A model generated the notes under the pieces. That model saw nothing but the letters and a program-made list of their open reading frames with translations. It did no database searches and was not told where the DNA came from. A program made the position numbers and the translations under genes. A DNA stretch of 64,000 bases, taken from assembly GCA_964627605.1 (NCBI GenBank), contig CAZVGZ010000002.1, forward strand, positions 84,846 through 148,845, in the 5' to 3' direction. Positions 30,045-40,482 of this stretch are shown here, piece after piece. Numbering within the stretch: position 1 is the stretch's first letter; every line of letters begins with the position of its first letter. The stretch is from an uncultured bacterium (GTDB lineage: Bacteria > Latescibacterota > MWCZ01 > CAZVGZ01).

Positions 30045-30634
30045 TTCGGTGGTCGCGGACTACGTTGTTTGCCGATGCGCCCTCGGCGCATGCGTCGAGC
30101 GCCAGCATCGCAAGCAGCACCAGGTTGACCGCTACGGCAAATCCATACCACATCCGCTTTCGGTTGTTGCGACGGCGGATAACTGTTCTTACCGGGTCTG
30201 GTCTAGGTGCGGACCCCGAACCGAACTGCCCGTCTGTGCCCGTCGATCCGGTTGCCATGCTGATGGCCACCAGATGACCCCACCTGCGATAGCAGCCGGG
30301 CCCACAACAATAACTGAACTGTTCCAGGCCAAAACCCAGCCGGTCAACGCCATCAGGAAACCAGCAACCAGCACTATCTAGCCTGTGTCGCCAGCGGACT
30401 GGCCACAAACATTTTTCGACATTATCGCTTAACCCCCTGATCAGTGGGCGGGGAGCCCACCATCCTCTCGCAACTAATATAGATCTCAATTCGGTCGCCG
30501 TCAAATCACCATCATCCATGTTTTTGCGAATCGTCTGTGAAACTGGCGGGCAGTGTTGCAAGCCACCTACCCATTTATCTTTAGCCCTTTCCACCAATCG
30601 GACACATATCTCACATTAACCCGTGCAGTGGTAG

Positions 30635-32668
30635 ATGCTCGAAACGGCTCCAAAAGAAGAGATCGAACCCACGCAAGACTCCTTTGCGGACGGTTGTACG
30701 TGGCATGCGGTCGCAGGGGCGTTTTTCATCGGCGCTATCATTATGCCAGGCTCCATCTACATGGGGCTGATTGCTGGCGTTCAGATGGGTGCCGCCGCCG
30801 AGTGGGTAACGATCATCCTCTTCGCCGAGATAGCCCGTCGGTCGTTCAAGACCATCACCAAGCAAGAGGTCTACGTCATCTACTACATCGCCGGAGGGAT
30901 GACGGCGGTGTTGGGTGGACTAGTCCTGGCTGGCGGACCTGTGGCGACGTTGATATGGCACCAGTACTTGGCCCAATCGCAGGTGGGTCAAGCGTTTCAG
31001 ACGGTGCTAGGCGACGGATCAACAGTGCCTCTGATAGAGCGGTTTCCCACCTGGATCGTGCCTGATCTCGGCACTGAAGAGGGGATGGCAGCCCTCGTTG
31101 GGCGCAATCTGCTCGCTCGACCCTGGTGGCCAGCGATCGCAGTTGTCGTTATCTCAACCGTGTTGAGTCGGATGAGTTGGTTTGGGATGGGATATACCCT
31201 GTTCCGGCTCACTTCAGATGTCGAGCGGCTCGAGTTCCCGTTGGCTCCGGTTGCTGCCGAAGGTGCCACCGCCCTGGCGGAGAACGTGAGCGGAGAAGAG
31301 TCGTGGCGTTGGTCGGTATTCTCAGTGGGGATGATGATCGGCCTGCTGTTCGGAGTGGTATATGTGGGGCTGCCATCACTCAGCGGCATCATTATGGTAA
31401 GGCCCATCACCCTCCTACCCATCCCCTGGATTGATCTGACACGCTACACAGCCGAAATACTTCCAGCAGCACCAACGGGCATCTCCACCGATCTGCTATT
31501 CCTGTTGGTGGGGTTTGTACTGCCGTTCTGGGTCGTCGTCGGCGGCCTGTTAGCAGCGCTGGCTCAACTCATCGTAAACCCCATCCTCTACCAGTTCACC
31601 GGTCCAGCTCCTGGACAGGGGGTAATGCACCACTGGCGCCCTGGCATGGACACGGTCATGACCGTATTCGCTGGCCAGATCGACTTCTGGTTTGCGTTCG
31701 GACTGGGGATCGGTGCCGCAGTGGCTATTATCGGCATCGCCAAAGCCCTGCGTCTACTCTCTGGCAGGGCAGGGACAGTGCATTGGGCAGACCTCAATCG
31801 CGGGGTTGTCGGTCGTGGCGATTTCTCAATCTGGATCGGCGTGGCTCTATATGTGGCAAGCACCATCGGATATATTGTGATGTGCGCAATTCTGCTTGAA
31901 GACGACCAGGTACCCTATGTCTTCCTGCTTGTGTTCGGTTTTCTGGTGACGCCTACTCTGTCGTACGTCAATGCGCGGCTCGCAGGGCTGACCGGTCAGG
32001 CGGTGGGTTTTCCTCTGGTTAGGGAAGGTGCCATCGCCATCAGCGGATATCGTGGGGTAGATATCTGGTTCGCCCCAATTCCTTACGCCGATCATGGTCG
32101 GCGCGCCCAGCTATTCAAAGAGCTTGAGCTCACTTCCACCAAGTTCACCAGCATAATAAGAGCCGAACTCCTTATAGTACCGATCATAATTATTGGCGGA
32201 CTCGCGTTCTGGAGCCTCATCTGGAAAATGAACCCGATCCCGTCTCCAATGTTCCAGTACGCACAAAAGTATTGGGATCTGATAGCGCTCAAGTTCTTTC
32301 TCTTTGTGAGCTCCACCGCTGGCGGCGAGGGGTTGTTCTTTGAAGCGCTCTCGTGGGACAAGATCGGTCTCGGGCTTGGGGTCGGCCTTACAGCTTTCGG
32401 GGTGCTGTCGTGGCTAGGGCTTCCCACCGCACTGGTCTACGGCTTTGTTAGAGGGATCAGCGGTGTGACGCTGCCGCACCATCTGATCCCGGAGATGGTT
32501 GGGGCTTTGGCAGGCAGGTATTTTTTCGCGCGCCGGTTCGGGGTTGATCAGTGGCGACACTATGGGCCTGTGCTTGTGGCAGGATATGCCGCCGGCATGG
32601 GGCTGGTGGGCATGGCCGCTGTCGCGGTTAACCTTGTCACACGATCGGTAACCACGTTGCCATATTAG
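30635..32668 (+). CDS. OPT-like oligopeptide transporter family membrane protein
   Basis: 677 aa with many TM helices; TKQE and VERLEFPLAPVAAEG motifs. Confidence 0.7.
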   Translation: MLETAPKEEIEPTQDSFADGCTWHAVAGAFFIGAIIMPGSIYMGLIAGVQMGAAAEWVTIILFAEIARRSFKTITKQEVYVIYYIAGGMTAVLGGLVLAGGPVATLIWHQYLAQSQVGQAFQTVLGDGSTVPLIERFPTWIVPDLGTEEGMAALVGRNLLARPWWPAIAVVVISTVLSRMSWFGMGYTLFRLTSDVERLEFPLAPVAAEGATALAENVSGEESWRWSVFSVGMMIGLLFGVVYVGLPSLSGIIMVRPITLLPIPWIDLTRYTAEILPAAPTGISTDLLFLLVGFVLPFWVVVGGLLAALAQLIVNPILYQFTGPAPGQGVMHHWRPGMDTVMTVFAGQIDFWFAFGLGIGAAVAIIGIAKALRLLSGRAGTVHWADLNRGVVGRGDFSIWIGVALYVASTIGYIVMCAILLEDDQVPYVFLLVFGFLVTPTLSYVNARLAGLTGQAVGFPLVREGAIAISGYRGVDIWFAPIPYADHGRRAQLFKELELTSTKFTSIIRAELLIVPIIIIGGLAFWSLIWKMNPIPSPMFQYAQKYWDLIALKFFLFVSSTAGGEGLFFEALSWDKIGLGLGVGLTAFGVLSWLGLPTALVYGFVRGISGVTLPHHLIPEMVGALAGRYFFARRFGVDQWRHYGPVLVAGYAAGMGLVGMAAVAVNLVTRSVTTLPY

Positions 32669-32723
32669 ACAAGTTTGGCGGAGTTCTCAAAACTTCCACC
32701 TCAAGTTTCTGCGAGCCAATGGC

Positions 32724-32895
32724 GTGGTACACCTGAAAACCGATGCTGAGATAGAACGGATGCGCGTGGCGAGCGAGTTGACCTCGCAGACCCAGGAGTA
32801 TCTGCGCGGTCATATTCGCCGTCGGTGACATCGGCTACGCGGTGCAGTCGTGCGCCGAACAGTTCGAAAAACGTGTCTGGTCCGAGCAGCCCTAA
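32724..32895 (+). pseudogene. Internally deleted methionine aminopeptidase paralog remnant
   Basis: VVHLKTDAEIERMRVASELTSQTQEYLR / VGDIGYAVQSCAEQF / EKRVW match N-terminal, middle and C-terminal segments of the adjacent Map. Confidence 0.8.
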
Positions 32896-32987
32896 GAGAG
32901 TAGGTGACTGTTGAGAACTCAGAACCTTCAGCGCCAGGTTAATAGATAGAGGGCGTCACGAAAAGCACTCACACGAAAAGAAGGCGC

Positions 32988-33782
32988 ATGGTCAGACTGA
33001 AAAAACCGGCACAGATTGAACAGATGCGAGTCGCGAGCCAGCTCACGGCGCAGACGCAGGAGTTTCTACGTGAACAGGTGCGTTCCGGAATATCTACCGC
33101 AGCACTCGACTCCATTGCAGACACCTATATCCGCGACCATGGCGGGCGCCCAAGTCCAAAGGGCTACCGGGGCTATCCCAACAGCATCTGCATGGCTGTC
33201 AACGATGTTGTGGTCCACGGCGTCCCCACCGACCACCCTCTCAAGGATGGCGACATCCTTACGATGGACGTCACCATAGAAAAAGGCGGCTATCACGGCG
33301 ACAAGGCGATCACCGTCAAATTAGGGGATGTAAGCGAGGACGCAGAGAAGCTTATCGCCGCCACGGAGGAGGCGATGTACCGGGGGATTGTCGCCTGCCA
33401 TTCAAAAAATCGCGTTGGCGACATCGGTGTCGCTGTACAGGATTTCGTCGAGGAGTTGGGTTATTCGGTGGTTCGCGAGTTTTGCGGTCATGGCATCGGT
33501 GAGGAGATGCATGAAGAGCCACAGATAATGAACTACGGCCGACCCCGATCTGGGCATCGACTAAAGGTGGGAATGGTCATCACTGTGGAGCCGATGGTCA
33601 ACATAGGCACTCATATGGTACAACTGTTGCCAGATGGTTGGACCGCAGTGACTGCGGACGGCTCGCTTTCGTGCCAGTTCGAGCACACAGTCGCGATCAC
33701 ACCGTTTGGCCCTGATATTCTCACAATCTACACCGACCATGAGCGCAAGATGTGGGAGAGGTTCTCAAACGGTGAAGTATGA
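32988..33782 (+). CDS. map: Type I methionine aminopeptidase
   Basis: VVVHGVP, D..YHGD, GHGIG..MHEEP, VEPM, QFEHT. Confidence 0.96.
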   Translation: MVRLKKPAQIEQMRVASQLTAQTQEFLREQVRSGISTAALDSIADTYIRDHGGRPSPKGYRGYPNSICMAVNDVVVHGVPTDHPLKDGDILTMDVTIEKGGYHGDKAITVKLGDVSEDAEKLIAATEEAMYRGIVACHSKNRVGDIGVAVQDFVEELGYSVVREFCGHGIGEEMHEEPQIMNYGRPRSGHRLKVGMVITVEPMVNIGTHMVQLLPDGWTAVTADGSLSCQFEHTVAITPFGPDILTIYTDHERKMWERFSNGEV

Positions 33783-33831
33783 GCGAGTGAGCGACCGGTC
33801 CTGCAAATCGGAGCAGCGCCGTCTCCGGTAG

Positions 33832-34533
33832 TCAGTGTGTAAGCGCCCATTGGACAATGTTTACGCCCATCCTCAGCGCCTGCTGTCTTTTCCGCTCAGT
33901 ATCGTTGTGGACCGTCTGGTCCTCCCATCCATCGCCCAGGTCTGATTCATAGCTGTAGAACACCACAAGCCGCCCTTCGGAGTATATCCCCAAACCTTTG
34001 GGCGGTTTGTTGTCATGCTCATGTACTTTTGGAAGGCCCTGACCCATCTCGAATGGGCTGTGGTAGATGCCATGGGAGAATGGCAGTTCAACAAAGTCCT
34101 TGTCCGAGAACACCAGTGCCATCTCCCGCCGAAACGACTCGTCCATGCCGTAGTTGTCGTCGGCATGGAGAAATCCTCCGGATTCCAAGTACAACCTGAG
34201 TCGCCGCGCCTCGTCATCTGTGAACCGGACATTTCCGTGGCCGGTCATATAGAGCATCGGGTAGGCGAACAGGTCGTTGTTCATCACCGCGACTCGCGCC
34301 GGTTCCAACGCGACTTCCATGCGCGTGTTGCGGCGGATAAAATCAAGAAGGTTGGGTAGGGAGGAGGGGTTGGCGTACCAGTCGCCACCACCGCCGTAGT
34401 GTAGTTGAGCTACTGTAAACGACGCTGGGGGCTCTTTTAGTAGCGCTAGAAGGAGAACTGGCACCAGCAGCCAGGCGACCACCACCAGAGCCGCCAATCT
34501 CGCTCTATTTATGGCCTGTCGCAGCAGCGCCAT
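33832..34533 (-). CDS. DUF4159 domain protein
   Basis: GGGDWYANPSSL, YMTGHGN, GGFLHADDNYG, SDLGDGWED. Confidence 0.88.
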   Translation of the reverse strand: MALLRQAINRARLAALVVVAWLLVPVLLLALLKEPPASFTVAQLHYGGGGDWYANPSSLPNLLDFIRRNTRMEVALEPARVAVMNNDLFAYPMLYMTGHGNVRFTDDEARRLRLYLESGGFLHADDNYGMDESFRREMALVFSDKDFVELPFSHGIYHSPFEMGQGLPKVHEHDNKPPKGLGIYSEGRLVVFYSYESDLGDGWEDQTVHNDTERKRQQALRMGVNIVQWALTH

Positions 34534-34540
34534 CTATTGA

Positions 34541-35524
34541 CTACTCCGGCGCAGATCCTTGGGCGATTCGATCCACATCAGCTACGGTGTAGGCCACATG
34601 TTTTATGCCCACCCGATTCCAGGTGTAGGTGAGGTGGACAGTATCGTCTGCGCCCTCAATCACCGCTGGATATGAAAACTCAAGGCCGTCGCCTTCGACC
34701 AGCACGGGGTCGCCCCAGGTATCGCCGTCGTCTGTGGAGACAGCCAGATGAAGCTGATCGCGGCCGTCTTGAGGGTCGTTTCTGAGCCTGTGGTTGTACG
34801 CCAAAACAGTGCGACCGTCACTCAGTTTGACAGCATCTATCCCGCTGTTGTTGTTGGGCAGCGATGTGGGTGCAGCGTCGCTCCACGACCGACCCCCATC
34901 GAACGAGTCGGCGACGACAATGCGTCCTATCTGCGCCGTGGCTCTCATAAATGCGCGAAGGTGGTCTGGTTTGACCTCCCACAGTGTCGGCTGGATAACT
35001 CCGAACTTTTCCTCAGGAACACTCAGCGGCCCGTGAATTGACCATTTCGAACTCTTCGGGTCTAACAGATACACCCAGCAAGTCCACGTCTCATAGCACT
35101 CCACCGAAGAGCCGCACGCGATCATCCCATCTGACAGCGTGATCGGCTTGTTCTTGATGGGGCCGTAGAGCCCACCTGGCAGAAATGTCGGCTCGACCCA
35201 GGTTGCACCGCCATCTGTAGAGCTCTGGGACAGACCTGTCCAAGAAGGCACATCAGGTCCGGCTTTGTAATACAGCCAGAGAACGCCGTTAGGATCGACA
35301 AACAGTACCGGGTTGAAACATGCCGCCTCAGCCGTCGCAACCATCGAAGCTGCACCCCAAACACCGTCAGACCACCTGGACATCCAGATGTTCGTCTCCG
35401 GGTTGCCCTCATCGGCTCCACCAAACCAGGCGCACAGAAGCTCACCGTTCGGCAGTTCCACCACCGTAGATGCGTGCCCCTCACCGACTATCGTGTTCGG
35501 GCTTACTACATATTGGCTTTTCAT
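34541..35524 (-). CDS. Exo-alpha-sialidase-like BNR/Asp-box protein
   Basis: HAST, STDGGATW, GPIKNKP, IQPT, PNNNSG, EFSYP. Confidence 0.88.
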   Translation of the reverse strand: MKSQYVVSPNTIVGEGHASTVVELPNGELLCAWFGGADEGNPETNIWMSRWSDGVWGAASMVATAEAACFNPVLFVDPNGVLWLYYKAGPDVPSWTGLSQSSTDGGATWVEPTFLPGGLYGPIKNKPITLSDGMIACGSSVECYETWTCWVYLLDPKSSKWSIHGPLSVPEEKFGVIQPTLWEVKPDHLRAFMRATAQIGRIVVADSFDGGRSWSDAAPTSLPNNNSGIDAVKLSDGRTVLAYNHRLRNDPQDGRDQLHLAVSTDDGDTWGDPVLVEGDGLEFSYPAVIEGADDTVHLTYTWNRVGIKHVAYTVADVDRIAQGSAPE

Positions 35525-35598
35525 GAGGTCGTGCCTTTTAGGTCAGTCTCGCTAGGAGTTCTTGTTGGGGAAACGGCTGCGCAAGCAGCGCCGGTAAA

Positions 35599-35991
35599 CT
35601 AGCGCCCCCAACGCTTGCGCTTGAAAAGTTTCAGAAGCAGTCGTGCGGCCCAAAAGACGCACCACGCAGCAAACGCTATTTTGAGCACTGCGAGACGGGT
35701 GTGGTCCACTATCGGGGTAACGCGCACCTCGCCACTGACAACCTCCACCACCGCCACCGGACGGACCTTGGCGCAGCCTCCTCCACCCCCTGCATCACCC
35801 TCAGTGGCTGGTCCGTCGCCACTTCCCGCCGGAACCTTGCCCTGCGCTCCTCCAAATCCAGCACCGATACCAACACAGCCAACAGGGATTACCGTGCGTC
35901 CTTCAATCTCCAGTGGGTCGCCGAAGGAGTACCGCACATCGGCCACATTGAAAAGGTCTTTCAGCCTGTCAACGACCTGGTCAAGCGCCAC
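35599..35991 (-). CDS. GerW/YtfJ family protein
   Basis: FGDP.EIEGRTVIPV, GFGG, GGGGG..VRPVAVV. Confidence 0.8.
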   Translation of the reverse strand: MALDQVVDRLKDLFNVADVRYSFGDPLEIEGRTVIPVGCVGIGAGFGGAQGKVPAGSGDGPATEGDAGGGGGCAKVRPVAVVEVVSGEVRVTPIVDHTRLAVLKIAFAAWCVFWAARLLLKLFKRKRWGR

Positions 35992-36010
35992 AGTTAGCCC
36001 TCAAGCCTCA

Positions 36011-37336
36011 TTAGATCCGAATTAGCCGTGCGAAACGCCGCTTGCCCACTTTGAGCATCGCACCATCCGCTATCTCGAGTTCAGTGTTTGAGTCAAGTAC
36101 CGGTACATCGTCCAGCGACACAGCGCCCTGGTCGATCAGCCGCTTCGCTTCGCTATTGGTGTCCGCCATCTCGGTGGTCCTAAGTAGCTCGCATATCCAG
36201 ACAGACAGTCGGCCTCTGATCCTGAACTCAGGAACGTTATCGGGCAGCGGGCTGGTGCTTGGCACAATGGTAGCCACCGTCGCAGCGCCATCTGAGGTGC
36301 CAGAGGCGGCTCCCTCGGTTGCAGTGTCCGCAGCAGCACTGACTACGGGAGCCGCAGTCTTTGGCGATCTGAAGAGCCGGTCAAATTCTGCCTTAGCATC
36401 GGTGGCAGCCTGGGCACCGTGGTACCGCTCGACTATAGCACACCCGAGTTTTTCTTTGACGTGCATCGGATTCACCGATGGATCGGCAAGCTGTCCCCCT
36501 ATTTCGCTGAGTTCCAAGGGGGTAGCTGCGGTAGTCAAAGCGAAATACTGTTCGATCTGTTCGTCGGTAATCCGCATCGCTTTGCCGAACATATCCGAGG
36601 CATCGGCTGTAACAGAGATAAAGTTGTCCGCCGTCTTGCCCATTTTTGATCCAGGTGTTCCGACGCCGTCCAACAGCTGCATCAAAACGGCGGCCTGAGG
36701 CTTCTGCCCAGCTTGACGCTGCAGATCACGTCCAACAAGAATGTTGAACTTCTGGTCGATACCACCTAGTTCCACATCAGATTTGACAGCAACCGAATCA
36801 TAGGCCATCAGGACCGGATACATCAGCTCATGCACTCCCAACGGCTGATTGTTTTTAAGCCGCTGAGCAAAAGTCTCGTGAGCGAGCATCTGCGCCGCTG
36901 TGACCTGTCGCATCAGTTCGATGATTTTCGCCAGATCAAACCCATCGAACCACTCGGTCTGCCATTTGAACTCGGTCTTTTCGGGGTCGATAACCTTGTT
37001 TAACTGGGAGACGTATGAGGCGGCGTTGGCTTTGACATCGTCCTGACTAAGTGAAGGGCGGACCTGCGTCAGCCCTGTGGGATCGCCAATCTGCGCCGTC
37101 CAGTCTCCGATGATAACTACGCCTGTGTGTCCAGCATCCTGAAACTGGCGCATCTTCCCAAATCCAACCATGTGGCCCAAATGAATGTCCGCAGTGGTTG
37201 GGTCTATCCCCATCTTCACTCTCAACGGCCTACCAGATGAGATAGAGTTTTCGATATTCCTGGCGAGCTCATCCTCAGGAAATATCTCCACAGTGCCCTG
37301 GCGAATCAGGTCCATCTGGTCATTGAGGTTCACCAT
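36011..37336 (-). CDS. tyrS: Tyrosine--tRNA ligase
   Basis: GIDPT..HLGH, ELGGIDQKFN, KMGKT, C-terminal S4 domain ending KVGKRRF. Confidence 0.95.
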   Translation of the reverse strand: MVNLNDQMDLIRQGTVEIFPEDELARNIENSISSGRPLRVKMGIDPTTADIHLGHMVGFGKMRQFQDAGHTGVVIIGDWTAQIGDPTGLTQVRPSLSQDDVKANAASYVSQLNKVIDPEKTEFKWQTEWFDGFDLAKIIELMRQVTAAQMLAHETFAQRLKNNQPLGVHELMYPVLMAYDSVAVKSDVELGGIDQKFNILVGRDLQRQAGQKPQAAVLMQLLDGVGTPGSKMGKTADNFISVTADASDMFGKAMRITDEQIEQYFALTTAATPLELSEIGGQLADPSVNPMHVKEKLGCAIVERYHGAQAATDAKAEFDRLFRSPKTAAPVVSAAADTATEGAASGTSDGAATVATIVPSTSPLPDNVPEFRIRGRLSVWICELLRTTEMADTNSEAKRLIDQGAVSLDDVPVLDSNTELEIADGAMLKVGKRRFARLIRI

Positions 37337-37433
37337 ATTGTGCTCCAGATCGCTTTGTCCTGCAGTTGCCAAAAAACAACGCGCCACTCCGATATAGGGC
37401 GTGGCGCGGCGTCGGGAGGTAGCAGGGCCAATT

Positions 37434-38921
37434 TTATGGCAACCACGCCAACGACGCCATCGGGGCCAACGCTCGCACGGACATTTCAGCAGCCGCCAGA
37501 AAAGCCCCAGGTGCTATCCCAACATAGATGACCGCTGCAGCCACCAACAGGAGCGGCAAATATGCCACCGGCGTCATCTTAAATGTGAGCGGCTTCGCGC
37601 GCCCTTCCATGTACATTCGAATTATGATTCTCAGATAGTAATATACAGCCATCGCACTATTAAGCGCAGCGAAGATCGCTAGATAGTATAGCCCGCCGGT
37701 GATCGCCGACTTGAACGCAAACAGCTTCCCAGCGAAACCCACCAACGGCGGCAACCCGGAGAGCGACAACAGAAACAGCGCGAGGAGACCCGCCAAAAGA
37801 GGATGACTTCGAGCCAAACCCCGTATCTGATCCAGGTCCACCCGGTCCTCTTCATCGCCAGCGATAGCAGAGATCGCCGCGAATGCGCCGATGGTTCCCA
37901 AAACGTATGCCACGAGATAGAACAGCGCCGAGTGGCCACCGACCGTCACTGAGGTCCCACCAGCCAGAGCCATCAAAATGAAACCCACATGGGCGATCGA
38001 CGAGTAAGCCAGAACTCGCTTTACGTCGTGCTGAACAAGCGCGATCAGGTTACCGACGATCATGGTGATCGCCGCCATCCAAGGCCAAAGATCACCCCAA
38101 AGCGCGCCGTCGGTCGCAACAGCGGGATAGACGATTCTCAGCAGAACTACCACAGCAGCGGTCTTAGAAGCCGCAGCGAGGAAGCCGGTCGTCGGCGTCG
38201 GTGCCCCCTGGTAGACATCAGGAGTCCAAAGGTGGAACGGCACCGCCGAGATTTTGAACGCGATGCCAACTATCAGCAGGGCAACTCCCACCCGTACCAT
38301 CGGCGACACCGTAAAAGCCAACTCTGATCCCAACAGCACCGATCCGGTCTTGCCGTAGACCAGAGCCACACCATATAAGAAAAAGGCCGATGCGAAACCA
38401 CCGAGAAGGAAATATTTTACCGCAGCCTCAGCGCTGTCAGAATGGGTCTTCCGAAAACCTATGAGCACGTACAGCGCCAGTGAGAGCGTCTCCAGCGAGG
38501 CGAAGATGACGATCAGATGGTTGGACGAGACCATCATGAGCATCCCAAACGTGCTGAAAAGCAGCATCGCCTGAAACTCACCGATTGACAGGTCTCGCGC
38601 GGCCAGATACCCCTCTGCCACCAGAACCGTCACAAGCGCAATCGCACAGATAAGCATCCCCGCAAAAACAGCCATACCGTCGATCAGAATCGCGTCGCCG
38701 AAAGCCGTGAAGGCAAACATCGTGGACGTCGCCGCAATCCCGGTCGGGGTCTGGTAAAACAGCGCGGTAGCCACAAGCAGCGCGGCGGCGCCGATCCATG
38801 TGGCGCAGACTCTACAGCTTGATGGATGGAACGCGTCCCATAGCAGCACCAGTATGGCCCCGCCCAAGACCACAAGATGCGGCAGTATGACCGCTATGTC
38901 ATGTGTAGTTATACCGGTCAT
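37434..38921 (-). CDS. nuoN: NADH-quinone oxidoreductase subunit N
   Basis: EAAVKYF, FKISAVPFHLWTPDVYQGAP, LAYSSIAH. Confidence 0.95.
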   Translation of the reverse strand: MTGITTHDIAVILPHLVVLGGAILVLLWDAFHPSSCRVCATWIGAAALLVATALFYQTPTGIAATSTMFAFTAFGDAILIDGMAVFAGMLICAIALVTVLVAEGYLAARDLSIGEFQAMLLFSTFGMLMMVSSNHLIVIFASLETLSLALYVLIGFRKTHSDSAEAAVKYFLLGGFASAFFLYGVALVYGKTGSVLLGSELAFTVSPMVRVGVALLIVGIAFKISAVPFHLWTPDVYQGAPTPTTGFLAAASKTAAVVVLLRIVYPAVATDGALWGDLWPWMAAITMIVGNLIALVQHDVKRVLAYSSIAHVGFILMALAGGTSVTVGGHSALFYLVAYVLGTIGAFAAISAIAGDEEDRVDLDQIRGLARSHPLLAGLLALFLLSLSGLPPLVGFAGKLFAFKSAITGGLYYLAIFAALNSAMAVYYYLRIIIRMYMEGRAKPLTFKMTPVAYLPLLLVAAAVIYVGIAPGAFLAAAEMSVRALAPMASLAWLP

Positions 38922-40456
38922 CGCCGTGGCTCCATTCTAGATTCTGCCAGGCGTGCATCGGTATCTAGAGCCTCTGTCTGAGCCGCGTTTACACCCTTGA
39001 TTAGCTTCTCGGCTGAGCCTTCAACGACCCCGAGGAACGAAGACGGAAACAGTCCGATCCAGACGGTCATCACCACGATGGGCACCAAAGTCACCAGCTC
39101 CCTTAGGTTAAGATCGGGCCACGGCTGCCTCAAATCACCAGGTTCGGTCCCGTAGACCACCCGCTGATACATCCACAGCAGGTATACCGCCGCCAGAATC
39201 ACCCCAGATGTGCCCACCACTGCAAACCATGGGTTCGATCCGGCAAACGCCCCGGCAAGCGCCAAAAACTCTCCTACAAAGCCGTTCAGCCCCGGCAAGC
39301 CCACGCTTGAGAGCGTGATTATCAGAAACAGCCCTGCATATACAGGCATTGTGTTGCCGATACCGCCAAGTTCGTCGAACCGCCGCGTGTGAGATCTCTC
39401 GTACAGCATCCCCACACACAAAAACAGCCCGCCGGTGCTCACACCGTGATTGACCATCTGTATGACACCGCCGGTTACGCCTTCCACGTTCAGCGCGAAC
39501 ATTCCAAGAATGATAAAACCCATATGGCTCACGCTGGAATACGCTACTAGCTTTTTGAAATCCTCTTGAACGAACGACACCAGAGCGCCGTAGATTATCC
39601 CAACCACCGCAAGCGTCTGCATGTAGGGGGCGACAACTACGATCGCTTCTGGAAACAGCGGAAAGCAGAACCTGAGAATGGCGTATGAACCGGTCTTAAG
39701 CAGCACCCCAGCAAGAATAACCGAGCCTGCGGTAGGTGCCTCGACATGCGCCAGCGGTAACCAGGTGTGGAACGGAAACAGCGGTACTTTTATCGCAAAC
39801 GCCAACAGGAACGCCAAACACAACCACAACTGCTGCGAAAGTGTGATTACCGAAATGTCGATCGCCGTCAGATCAAACGTCAGGCCCCCAGTAGCTGGTT
39901 GGCAGAGGAGCGCCAACGAGACCATCGAGACCAGCATTAGAACCGAGCCGACCATGGTATACAGAACAAAGATGACTGTCGCTTTAAGTTTCTGCTCGCC
40001 GCCCCAGATGCCGATGATGAAGTACATCGGCACGAGCATCGCTTCCCAAAAGACATAGAACAGAATCAGGTCGAGCGCCACGAAAACGCCCAACATCGCA
40101 GCCTGGAGCCATAGCAACGCCGCCATGAACCCAGCGACCTTTTCAGTTATCGAATTCCACGAGATCAGCACCGCCAGAGGCGTCAAAAAGGTCGTCAGCA
40201 AGATCAGGAAAACGCTCAAACCATCTACGCCGACATGATACGAAACACCCAACGCCGCGATCCACACGCAGTTCTCTTCGAGCTGCATCCCCGAGTTGCC
40301 GCTGTCATACTGATTCCACAGCATTAGCGCCGCAAGGAACACCACAACAGACGCCACCAGCGCTGTCCATCTGACTATGCCTGGGCGGCTCCTTGGCAGC
40401 AGCCACACCACGCCACCAGCCACAGCCGACAGCAGTATCAGCCCTGAAATACTCAC
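38918..40456 (-). CDS. nuoM: NADH-quinone oxidoreductase subunit M
   Basis: FWEAMLVP, KVPLFPFHTWLP.AHVEAPT, GLPGLNGFVGE. Confidence 0.95.
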   Translation of the reverse strand: MSISGLILLSAVAGGVVWLLPRSRPGIVRWTALVASVVVFLAALMLWNQYDSGNSGMQLEENCVWIAALGVSYHVGVDGLSVFLILLTTFLTPLAVLISWNSITEKVAGFMAALLWLQAAMLGVFVALDLILFYVFWEAMLVPMYFIIGIWGGEQKLKATVIFVLYTMVGSVLMLVSMVSLALLCQPATGGLTFDLTAIDISVITLSQQLWLCLAFLLAFAIKVPLFPFHTWLPLAHVEAPTAGSVILAGVLLKTGSYAILRFCFPLFPEAIVVVAPYMQTLAVVGIIYGALVSFVQEDFKKLVAYSSVSHMGFIILGMFALNVEGVTGGVIQMVNHGVSTGGLFLCVGMLYERSHTRRFDELGGIGNTMPVYAGLFLIITLSSVGLPGLNGFVGEFLALAGAFAGSNPWFAVVGTSGVILAAVYLLWMYQRVVYGTEPGDLRQPWPDLNLRELVTLVPIVVMTVWIGLFPSSFLGVVEGSAEKLIKGVNAAQTEALDTDARLAESRMEPRR

Positions 40457-40482
40457 CTGACGCGCCTCCGGTCAGCCACCAT

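Noticed and set aside
30013-30597. Minus-strand ORFs with hydrophobic patches between the polyprenol kinase and the OPT-like gene
   Set aside because: The hydrophobic segments fall in different frames and match no family I can identify; possibly a decayed gene but unsupported
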